Below, one piece after another: positions 20,655 to 28,557 of a stretch of DNA of 64,000 nucleotides. The DNA lies in the NCBI GenBank assembly GCA_965217775.1, contig CBDCJH010000002.1:3808001-3872000 (forward strand), written 5' to 3'. The notes under the pieces are model-generated. The model saw only the letters and a program-made list of their open reading frames with translations. It did no database searches and was not told the origin of the DNA. The translations under genes were made by a program, and so were the position numbers. Every line of letters starts with the position of its first letter. Positions within the stretch are counted from its first letter, which is position 1. The stretch comes from Acidobacteriota bacterium. Its GTDB lineage: Bacteria; Acidobacteriota; UBA6911; RPQK01; JAJDTT01.

Positions 20655-20932
20655 CCCACTGCTTCCGGAGGCGGATCGCCTGATTTGTACACCGACTTGA
20701 TCCGGTTGGTCACGGTGTCCCGCTGGACGTTGAAGTAACGCCGGCAGCCCGAGGCGTGGCACCACTGCTCCAGATGATCCCCCCGGGTGTTCCTCCGGTA
20801 GAACAGATAGTCGGCCCACTCTTCGTCGGTGAGCTCTTCCGGCTTCAAGGGCCGGACGATGTGGGCTTCGCCGGAGTAGGCGAACTCCGACTCGTCGCGG
20901 GGACCGCACCAGGGGCACTCGATCAGGAGCAT
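20651..20932 (-). CDS. soxD: Sarcosine oxidase subunit delta
   Basis: MLLIECPWCGPRDESEF.YSGEAHIVRP...EQWCHASGCRRYFNVQRDTVT. Confidence 0.95.
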   Translation of the reverse strand: MLLIECPWCGPRDESEFAYSGEAHIVRPLKPEELTDEEWADYLFYRRNTRGDHLEQWCHASGCRRYFNVQRDTVTNRIKSVYKSGDPPPEAVG

Positions 20933-20951
20933 GAGGTTCGTCCTCCGGCCT

Positions 20952-22202
20952 TCAGTGGGCCACTCCCGCGGCGCCGTGCTCATCGATCAGGTGCCCCGTG
21001 GTGAACCGCTCCAGCGAGAACGGCTCGTTGAGGCGATGGGGGCGGTTCTGCGCGATGGTGTAGGCGAAGACCCAACCCGAGCCCGGCGTCGACTTGTAAC
21101 CCCCCGTCCCCCAACCGCAGTTGAAGTAAAGCCCCTTCACTGGCGTGAGGCCGATGATGGGGCAGGCGTCCGGACAGGTGTCGACCGTGCCGGCCCACTG
21201 TCTCAGCATGCGAACCCGGCTGAATCTGGGAAACATCTCGATAATGGCGGCGATGGCGTGCTCCAGGGTGTTGGGACTGCCGCGCTGGCCATAGCCGTTG
21301 TAGGAGTCGACACCGGCGCCGCAGAGCAGCTCTCCCCGGTCGGTCTGGCTGATATAGGCGTGCACGGCGTTGGACATGATCACCACGTCCAGAATCGGCT
21401 TGAGGGGTTGGGAGACCCAGGCCTGCAGGGGACGGCTCTCCAAGGGCAGCCGCATCCCGGCCATGGAGGCCAGGACTCCCGAGTTCCCCGCCGTGACGCA
21501 GCCCACCTTGCCGGCCTTGATGAAACCTCTGGAGGTCTCCACTCCGGTGACGGCCCCATTTTCCCGGCGGAACCCAGTCACTTCGCAGTTCTGGATGACG
21601 TCCACCCCCACCGAATCGGCCGCCCGGGCCAGACCCCAGGCCAGGGCATCGTGCCGGGCCGTCCCTCCCCGGCGTTGCAGGGAGGCGCCCAGGATGGGAT
21701 AGCGGGCCCGGGGAGAGACGTCGATGGCCGGGACCATCTCCTTGATCTGCTCCGGGGTGAGGAACTCGCTGTCGATGCCGTTGAGGAGGTTGGCATTGAT
21801 CCGGCGCTGAATGTCGCGGAGATCCTGCAGGGTGTGTCCCAGGCTCAGCAGCCCCCGCTGACTGAACATGAGATTGAAATTGATCTCCTGGGTCAGGCCT
21901 TCCCAGAGCTTCAGGGAGAACTCGTAGATGTGGGCGGCCTCGTCCCAGAGGTAGTTGGACCGGACGATCTCGGTGTTGCGCCCGGTGTTGCCGCCTCCGA
22001 CGTAGCCCTTCTCCAGCACGGCGACGCTGCCGACCCGATGCTCCTTGACCAGGTAGTAGGCGGTGGCGAGGCCGTGGCCGCCGCCCCCCACGATGACCAC
22101 GTCGTACTCGGGCTTCGGGTCCGGACTCCGCCAGGCGCGCTGCCAGTTCTCGTGATAGCTGAGGGCGTTCCGGGCCAGACTGAGGAAGGAATACTTCTGC
22201 AT
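20952..22202 (-). CDS. soxB: Sarcosine oxidase subunit beta
   Basis: GGGGHGLATAYYL; GGGNTGRNT..VRSNYL; ARHDA.AWG; NCGWGTGGYK; IDEHGAAGVAH C-terminus. Confidence 0.96.
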   Translation of the reverse strand: MQKYSFLSLARNALSYHENWQRAWRSPDPKPEYDVVIVGGGGHGLATAYYLVKEHRVGSVAVLEKGYVGGGNTGRNTEIVRSNYLWDEAAHIYEFSLKLWEGLTQEINFNLMFSQRGLLSLGHTLQDLRDIQRRINANLLNGIDSEFLTPEQIKEMVPAIDVSPRARYPILGASLQRRGGTARHDALAWGLARAADSVGVDVIQNCEVTGFRRENGAVTGVETSRGFIKAGKVGCVTAGNSGVLASMAGMRLPLESRPLQAWVSQPLKPILDVVIMSNAVHAYISQTDRGELLCGAGVDSYNGYGQRGSPNTLEHAIAAIIEMFPRFSRVRMLRQWAGTVDTCPDACPIIGLTPVKGLYFNCGWGTGGYKSTPGSGWVFAYTIAQNRPHRLNEPFSLERFTTGHLIDEHGAAGVAH

Positions 22203-22444
22203 GGAGAAGCGCAGATTATAGCCAAAGGCCGTGGGCCGGGCTATGGATCATAGGCAGGACTTTCCCATTTTTCTTGGGGTTTCCGGAGAACCGGGGTAGG
22301 GGCACTCTTTCGTTCCCGCATCAATTGACGGCCCGGGGAGGGCGACCACAAGGTGTACGGTATCAGGACATCGTTTACAGTTTGTATCAGGACATCCTTT
22401 ACACATCAGGGTGAGAAGTAGCCTTCTTTGGGTAGGAGGTGAAG

Positions 22445-23596
22445 ATGCCCTGGAAAGTGACGAATGTGATGGATCAGAAGATCCGTTTCGTACTTCGGGC
22501 CGTGCAGCCTGGGGCCAACATGAGCGCCCTGTGTCGGGAGTTTCAGATCAGTCGGCCGACAGGTTACAAGTGGCTGAAGAGGTATCGGGAAGCCCACAGC
22601 GTGACCGGACTGGAGGAGCGCTCCCGGCGGCCCCGGCACAGTCCGGCGAGAACGGCGGCGGCGGTGGAAGCCCGGGTGGTGGAACTGCGGCGGCAATACG
22701 GGTGGGGAGGCAAGAAGCTGCAGGTGCTGCTGGAGCGCGAAGGCGTGTCCTTGAGTGTCCCGACGGTGAATCGGATTCTACGGCGGCAGGGCGAGTTGGG
22801 GGAATACCAGGCGCAACGGCCGGCACCGCAACGGTTCGAACGATCCCAGCCCAACGAGTTGTGGCAAATGGACTTCAAGGGACCGTTTCAGGGCCCCGAA
22901 GGGCCGTGTCATCCGCTCTCGATCCTGGACGACTGCTCGCGGTATTCGGTGGGGTTGTATGGTTTGCCGACCACGCAAATGGATCCGGTGCAAACCTGTC
23001 TACGAAGAACCTTTGAGGGCTACGGAGTGCCGGAGGCCATGCTGATGGACCATGGGGCCCCTTGGTGGAGTACCAGCAATGGATGGGGGCTGACGCGATT
23101 GAGCGTGGAATTGATCAAGCAAGGGATCGACCTGATCTACGGGCGAGTCCGGCACCCGCAGACGCAGGGGAAGGTGGAACGATTTCATCGCACTTTGAGC
23201 GACTCGGTGGCGCACCGGGGGCGACCGCAACGGTGGATGGAGTGGGAGCGATTTCTGCAGGACTTTCGCCAGGAATACAATCAGGTTCGACCCCATGAGT
23301 CGCTGCGGATGGAGGTCCCGGCCCAACACTACCGTCGCAGTACGCGTGGCTACGATCGGGACCCGGCTCCCTGGGAGTATCCCCGGGGGCTGCAGGTGAA
23401 ACGGCTCAATCGCCGGGGGTGTTTGAGCGCGGGCGGGGACCGTTACTTTGTGTGTGAGTCCTTGGCGGAGGAGTGGGTGGGCGTGGAAGAGTTGGAAGAC
23501 AAGCTGCTGGTCCGCTACCGGCACATGTACATCCGTGAAGTCCACTTGCAGACCCGGCAGACGCGAGCTCTGGTCTGGCGGGTGGGGCAGGACTGA
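22445..23596 (+). CDS. IS481-family DDE transposase
   Basis: MPWKVTNVMDQK; HTH SALCREFQISRPTGYKWLKRY; LWQMDFKG (D1); LMDHG (D2); PQTQGKVERFH (E); YNQVRPHESL; AGGAGG RBS. Confidence 0.95.
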   Translation: MPWKVTNVMDQKIRFVLRAVQPGANMSALCREFQISRPTGYKWLKRYREAHSVTGLEERSRRPRHSPARTAAAVEARVVELRRQYGWGGKKLQVLLEREGVSLSVPTVNRILRRQGELGEYQAQRPAPQRFERSQPNELWQMDFKGPFQGPEGPCHPLSILDDCSRYSVGLYGLPTTQMDPVQTCLRRTFEGYGVPEAMLMDHGAPWWSTSNGWGLTRLSVELIKQGIDLIYGRVRHPQTQGKVERFHRTLSDSVAHRGRPQRWMEWERFLQDFRQEYNQVRPHESLRMEVPAQHYRRSTRGYDRDPAPWEYPRGLQVKRLNRRGCLSAGGDRYFVCESLAEEWVGVEELEDKLLVRYRHMYIREVHLQTRQTRALVWRVGQD

Positions 23597-23761
23597 AGGG
23601 TGTGGGCGGCGCGGGAGGAGGGCACCGAAGTGGCCGTCGAGAACGGTCCCCTTCCGGTTCCTGGCGAGGCCGTTCGGGGGGGGAGCCACAAGGAGGGGTT
23701 CGAGAGATTCGCCGAGGGGCCGGGATGGGGCTGCGGAGCGTCTGGAGGACCCGCAGGAGAC

Positions 23762-23885
23762 GCCCGGTTGGGGAGCGACGAGAGGGGGCTGGTGCGAGAC
23801 GATCGGGGACGGGGGAGGCGCCAGGCCGCGATCGCATGGCCGTGGGGAGTCCGCCGCCGGCCGGTCGGTCACTGGATCAAGCCGC
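23762..23885 (+). pseudogene. Degenerate IS21 istA N-terminal HTH fragment (approximate bounds)
   Basis: RLGSDERGLVRDDRGRGRRQAAIAWPWGVRRRPVGHWIK follows an AGGAG RBS and resembles IstA starts (..LRHYLEQG.SKAAIARRLGVSRRTVYHWI). No intact start codon. Confidence 0.45.
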
Positions 23886-24005
23886 CTGGGGGTCACCCGC
23901 CCGGTGTGGCCGCAGCGGATTTCCGGTTGCCGTGGGGCCAGCCGTCGGTGCTCATGGAGGTGATGGGGGACCTGAATGTCAATGGCCACTGAACATTGCA
24001 CACAT

Positions 24006-24057
24006 CGCTGGAGACCCCGTGGCGGTCGCGGCCGCGACCGCCACGGGGTCTCCAGCG
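24006..24057. repeat. Perfect 52-bp palindrome with no spacer
   Basis: CGCTGGAGACCCCGTGGCGGTCGCGG|CCGCGACCGCCACGGGGTCTCCAGCG. Confidence 0.95.
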
Positions 24058-24317
24058 GCCGGATCTGGTCCCTTCATGCCTCCCTCCTTTCGGCTCCGGA
24101 TTCCTGTGCGCCGACCGCTCGGGCGGCGGTCGGATGGATCGCCCTGGAGAGCTCGGCGTGGCGGAGCGGCCGGGGGGCCGGTTCGAACGGGAGCGGGAAT
24201 GGCGAACTGCTGGGGCATCTTGGCCGGACTCAGGTTCGTTTCACTGCCGGAGTCGAGGGCGTTCCCGTCACCGGCGACGAAGCGGCCGAGGAGGGTGGAC
24301 GCGAAACGCCGTCCCCG

Positions 24318-24700
24318 GACTTCGACTTCAGCCTCCAGCGATCGATTCAGCGGGAGCCGATCGACTCGCTCGACGAGCTGGGCTTCGTGGAGCGAAGGGA
24401 GAACCTCGTCTTGCGGGGTCCGCCCGGGGTGGGCCCAACGTCTCGAGCCCTCCGCGGGGCCAACGTCCAAGACCCGGATCCGTCCGGCACCCCTGGAGGG
24501 GGAGGAGATCGGCACCCTTAGGGTCCGCCCGAGCGGCGCGGTTCGGTTGGTCCAACGGGGGAACCGGCGTGACGAGCCGACCTCGACGGAGTTGACCTGG
24601 AACCCGGCTCTTGAGCCCTGGGGCCAGATCCTGGGAGAGCAGGTGATGGCGGTGCTGGTGAACCGGGTTCGGCCCTGCGGCCACAGCGACCGGCGGCGCC
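24318..24700 (+). pseudogene. istB: Degenerate IS21 istB (AAA+ ATPase) fragments (approximate bounds)
   Basis: DFDFSLQRSIQREPIDSLDELGFVERRENLVLRGPPGVGPT (Walker A GKT altered to GPT). In another frame LVQRGNRRDEPTSTELTWN...WGQILGEQVMAVLVNR resembles the IstB C-terminus. Frameshifted and partly deleted. Confidence 0.75.
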
Positions 24701-24984
24701 GTGCCGCCGAGCTCTCCAAGGGGGCGCCATCCGGGCGCCCTCCGAAGATGGGGTGAAGCTCTCGCCGTCGGAGCAACCGTGTCCTGAAGGCCGTCCCTTC
24801 TCAATGGCCATGGACACGGTCCGCCCAGGGCTGCGGGAGCGGGAAGGAGGGGGGCATGACGGGACCCCGGCCGGCTGCGGGGTCTCCCGCGATGGATGCC
24901 ATTTTCGCGGCCGATTGACAGGGCCGGGATTCCGGCCTGTCCCCAGCGTCCGGAACCGTCACGCCGGCCGTCGGTGCGATTCGG

Positions 24985-25028
24985 AGCGAGCCTGGGGCGC
25001 CGGGTGCACCCGGCGCCCCAGGCTCGCT
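24985..25028. repeat. Perfect 44-bp palindrome with no spacer
   Basis: AGCGAGCCTGGGGCGCCGGGTG|CACCCGGCGCCCCAGGCTCGCT. Confidence 0.95.
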
Positions 25029-25190
25029 GTTGCAGACCCCCGCCGGCTCTGTTTTGCATGGACGTGATCCCGCCCTTGGCTGCAACCGGCAGCCGCCCTG
25101 CCTCCCCCTGACCGAAGCGGAATGACCACCGAGACCCACTTGAACCAGATGACCCAACCGTCCACCCAAACGCGATCCCTTCAACCTACC

Positions 25191-25304
25191 GGTCCGCCCG
25201 AGCGGCGCGGTTCGGTTGGTCCAACGGGGGAACCGGCGTGACGAGCCGACCTCGACGGAGCTGACCTGGAACCCGGGTCTTGCGCCCTGGGACCAGATCC
25301 TGGG
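25191..25304 (+). repeat. Direct repeat of the istB 3' fragment (copy of about 24522-24635)
   Basis: GGTCCGCCCGAGCGGCGCGGTTCGGTTGGTCCAACGGGGGAACCGGCGTGACGAGCCGACCTCGACGGAG... appears twice with few mismatches. Confidence 0.85.
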
Positions 25305-25601
25305 GGGTGGTGGCGGCCCTTCTGGACCGAGACTTGTCCTGCGGCCACAGCGACCGGCGACGCCGCCCCGCGGAACGCTCCAGGACGATCCATCCGACGA
25401 CCGCGCGAGCGGTTCGCCCAGAGGACTCCGGACCGAGAAGGCGGGGCTCCTGCGATGTATGCAGTTCTCGATGGCCCGAAGTGTGCAATTTTCGATGGTC
25501 ATTGACACAACGGCCATGGACCAGCTGTAAAGGATGTCCTGATACAACTTGTAAAGGATGTCTTGATACCAAACACACAAGGGTCGCCCCTACTCGTGCT
25601 T

Positions 25602-26642
25602 TCAACCACTTGCCGATTGTCCCGTCCCGGAGAGGGTGTCCAGCCGTGTCAGCAGGGTTTGGGCCCGGGCGCGCTTGTCCGGATTGTGATCCCGGGCGAC
25701 GATGCGCTGCAGGGTGGAGCGGGCCAGCTCGTCCCCCTTTTCGGCCATCTCCATGGCCAGCACGTCGCGCCGTTCGAAATAGCTGGGGTCGTAGTCCACG
25801 ATCCGGGGATTCCAATCCTGCCAATAGTACTGAAATTCGCCGGAAGTCCAATCGGCATAGATCTCTTCCCAGCTCAACCCGTCGACACCCATATGCGGCG
25901 TCAGGCTGTCCCGGGTGATGGGATCGCTCCGCTTCTGGTAGCGGCCGTCAATGGACAGACGCATGCGTTCTCCCCGGTTCGGGACCCCCCGGTGCGCCGC
26001 CAGGCTATGGAAGAAAAGCACGTCACCTTGTTGGAAACTGTTGCCCACCCAGCAATCTCCCAGGTCGTCGATGATCTCGAAACCGCCGGCGCCCAGGGCC
26101 GGCTTGATTTCGTAGACCCCGCCCAGGTGCGAGCCGGAGGCAATCTGCAGCCCGCCCATCTCTTCCGGCAGGTCCGACAGCGGGACCCAGGCGGTGTAGG
26201 TGTCTTCGGTTCCCTGGATCGGGATGAAGTCCTGGTGCGCCTTGGTCGTGTACGCGTTGCGCTGCGGGAACATGAAGCGGCCGATGATGCGCGGATGGTG
26301 AATGACCGGCTCTCCGAACATCTGTTCCAGCAACCCCAAGATGCGGGGGTGGTGCGGCAGTGCGTGGAAGTCCTGGAGCCGGTAGAACTGCTCGTAGACC
26401 TCCATGTATTTCGGCTCCGGCTCGACGCAGAACCCGGTCAGGTCGGCGACACCTTCCTCTATGGGCGATTGGGTGCTGACCCAGCCGTTGGCGGCCGCGA
26501 TTTCCAGAAACTGTATGCGCAGGGATTCCAGCGGCTCCGCCGGCAGTAGACCACGCACGAACAGATAGCCGTCTCTTTTCATGCGACGGGCCAGTTCGGG
26601 GCCGTCGCCGATCACACCGGAAGAGTCGATAAAGGATTTCAT
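25602..26642 (-). CDS. Phytanoyl-CoA dioxygenase (PhyH) family Fe(II)/2OG enzyme
   Basis: DGYLFVRGLL; HQD facial-triad motif; TAWVPL; GDVLFFHSLAAH; RLSIDGRY. Confidence 0.9.
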   Translation of the reverse strand: MKSFIDSSGVIGDGPELARRMKRDGYLFVRGLLPAEPLESLRIQFLEIAAANGWVSTQSPIEEGVADLTGFCVEPEPKYMEVYEQFYRLQDFHALPHHPRILGLLEQMFGEPVIHHPRIIGRFMFPQRNAYTTKAHQDFIPIQGTEDTYTAWVPLSDLPEEMGGLQIASGSHLGGVYEIKPALGAGGFEIIDDLGDCWVGNSFQQGDVLFFHSLAAHRGVPNRGERMRLSIDGRYQKRSDPITRDSLTPHMGVDGLSWEEIYADWTSGEFQYYWQDWNPRIVDYDPSYFERRDVLAMEMAEKGDELARSTLQRIVARDHNPDKRARAQTLLTRLDTLSGTGQSASG

Positions 26643-26819
26643 GACAGGTTGCTCCGAACTGAGGTTTCAGCTTCCTGATTGGTGCATGTTAGAATTCGAC
26701 GCCACACTTGAGAATACCCTACCCCGAATTTCTCATTAAAGACACATTTGGACGGTGTTTTGCGCAACTGTACCACCCTCGAAACGCCGCGAAACACTGG
26801 TTGGAAACGGAGGCCTGAA

Positions 26820-28541
26820 ATGAATTCGCCCGTGCGACAATTCCCATGTCTGCTCCTCCTTCTCTCGGCCTGCTCGTCTCCTGACTCCGATCCAGCCGGT
26901 CCATCGCAACCCGTTCACGAGATCATCGACGAGAGCAAAATGCCCGTCCCGATGCGGGACGGCGTCAACCTGGCCGCCCACGTCTATCGTCCCGATGCGC
27001 CCGGCAAGTTTCCGACTCTCATGTTGTTGAGATATTTCCGGTCGGGTTTCCAAAACGAACACGCCGAGTACTTCGCCAAGAGAGGCTACGCCGTCGCCCT
27101 GGTGGATTCCCGGGGGCGCTACGACTCCGGCGGGAAATGGGTTCCCTACGTGAACGAGCCCCGCGACGGCTATGACGCCCAGCAGTGGCTGGGTCAACAG
27201 CCCTGGTCCAATGGAGAAATCGGCACCATGGGGATCTCCTACAACGGCTTCACCCAGGTGATGCCGGCCCCCTTGGCCAGCCCCTACCTGAAGTGCCTGG
27301 TGCCGCGTGAGAACCAACAGACCAACTTCGGTCACCTCTTCAACGACGGCGTCATGCAGTTGAACGTGGTTTTCGAGTTCGGACTCTTCACCAAGCAGGG
27401 CTCGCAGACCCAGAAGATCCTGCCTTCGGAAGATCCCCACTATCGCCGGCTGCCCCTCTTGGCGGCCGTAGACGAGTTCCCGCAGGTCGAGCACGTGAAG
27501 GACTGGTTCGTCCACGCCAAGTACGACGAATATTGGCAGTCCTACGGGATCAAGGAGAAGTACGGGCAGATCCAGGTCCCGGCCTACTTCATGACCGGCT
27601 GGTACGACAATCTCGTCCACGAGGGCTGGAGGAACTTCAAGGGCTTCACCGAAGAGGGTGCAACCGAAGCGGCCCGCAAAGGCACGAAGATCCTGGTGGG
27701 TCCCTGGGAACACGGGGGGACCAACTCCTATCCCGAGCTGCTGGACGTCGAATTGAGATGGTACGACTACTGGCTCAAGGGGATCCGGAACGGGATCGAC
27801 ACCGAGCCCCCGATCAAGATCTTCGTCATGGGACCCGACGTCTGGCGCTTCGAGAACGAGTGGCCCCTGGCCCGGACCCAGTTCACCAAGTACTACATTC
27901 GCAGCTCGGGCAAGGCCAACGGAGACCAGGGGGACGGAACTCTGATGTCTTCACCGGCCCAGGACGAGCCCCCGGACCGCTACGCCTACGATCCGGAAGA
28001 CCCGGTGCCGACTCTGGGAGGACAGATCTCGACTCACAAGGAGATTCGCGGGCGGAAAGACCGAAGCTCGGTTCAGAGCCGGAAGGATATCCTGGTCTAC
28101 ACTTCGGAACCGCTGGGGCAGGACATGGAAGTCACCGGCCCCGTCGACTTCAAGCTCTACGCCGCCTCCAGCGCCGTGGACACCGACTGGACGGGGACGC
28201 TGAGCGACCTGCATCCGGACGGCCAGGCGATTCACGTCTGCGAGGGGATCCGGGGAGCGCGCTTCCGGGATTCCCTGGAAACTCCGATGCTGATCGAACC
28301 GGGGAAGGTCTACGAGTACAACATCAGCTTGTGGGAGACCAGCTACGTCTTCAAGGCGGGACATCGGATCCGACTGGAAATCTCCAGCAGCAACTTTCCC
28401 CGGTTTGCCCGAAATCAGAACATCGGCGAGCCGCTGGGGACGAGCGACAAGATTGTCGTAGCCAAACAGACCGTCTACCACAACGCCCGGCACCCCTCCC
28501 ATCTGGTGCTCCCTGTGATTCCACCTGGGAGCGGGAATTGA
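26820..28541 (+). CDS. CocE/NonD family hydrolase (lipoprotein)
   Basis: Lipobox LLSAC; VPMRDGVNLAA; GISYNG nucleophile elbow; GWYD; GPWEH; HRIRLEISSSNFPRF. Confidence 0.92.
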   Translation: MNSPVRQFPCLLLLLSACSSPDSDPAGPSQPVHEIIDESKMPVPMRDGVNLAAHVYRPDAPGKFPTLMLLRYFRSGFQNEHAEYFAKRGYAVALVDSRGRYDSGGKWVPYVNEPRDGYDAQQWLGQQPWSNGEIGTMGISYNGFTQVMPAPLASPYLKCLVPRENQQTNFGHLFNDGVMQLNVVFEFGLFTKQGSQTQKILPSEDPHYRRLPLLAAVDEFPQVEHVKDWFVHAKYDEYWQSYGIKEKYGQIQVPAYFMTGWYDNLVHEGWRNFKGFTEEGATEAARKGTKILVGPWEHGGTNSYPELLDVELRWYDYWLKGIRNGIDTEPPIKIFVMGPDVWRFENEWPLARTQFTKYYIRSSGKANGDQGDGTLMSSPAQDEPPDRYAYDPEDPVPTLGGQISTHKEIRGRKDRSSVQSRKDILVYTSEPLGQDMEVTGPVDFKLYAASSAVDTDWTGTLSDLHPDGQAIHVCEGIRGARFRDSLETPMLIEPGKVYEYNISLWETSYVFKAGHRIRLEISSSNFPRFARNQNIGEPLGTSDKIVVAKQTVYHNARHPSHLVLPVIPPGSGN

Positions 28542-28557
28542 CCATCGAGACAGGCGC

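Larger units (their letters stand above)
23977..25507. mobile_element. Rearranged IS21-derived remnant with three IS21-like ends
   Basis: TGTCAATGGCCACTGAACATTGCACAC at 23977 (+). Related ends on the minus strand terminate at 24920 (TGTCAATCGGCCGCGAAAATGGCATCC) and 25507 (TGTCAATGACCATCGAAAATTGCACAC). istB fragments lie inside. Confidence 0.7.
22354..25575 (+). mobile_element. IS481-family element, 3,222 bp, carrying IS21-derived cargo
   Basis: 50-bp terminal IRs (22354-22403 and 25526-25575; 44/50 identical by manual alignment; TGT...ACA ends; two internal GTATCAGGACATCSTTTACA repeats each). Flanked by a 7-bp direct repeat CACAAGG (22347-22353 and 25576-25582). Confidence 0.92.

Noticed and set aside
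2774-20738. Long antisense or alternate-frame ORFs (e.g. 2774-4315 -, 6682-8652 -, 8603-10918 +, 11945-13543 +, 15697-17400 +, 18093-20738 +)
   Set aside because: Shadow ORFs of high-GC genes; they overlap confidently assigned CDSs and contain no family motifs.
22354-22403. Tandem ~23-bp repeats resembling a mini-CRISPR or iterons
   Set aside because: Only two units with no spacers, mirrored at 25526-25575; they are the internal repeats of the IS481 terminal IRs.
23686-23693. CCACAAGG inside the IS cargo, matching the target site (possible RNA guide)
   Set aside because: An 8-nt match in 3.2 kb on two strands is plausible by chance. It would matter only if it covaried with target sites in other copies.
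23600-25580. ORF-track calls in the IS cargo (e.g. 23602-24756, 23979-24776, 24801-25580) as real passenger genes
   Set aside because: Low-complexity R/G/P/A translations; the only recognisable parts are frameshifted IstA/IstB relics.
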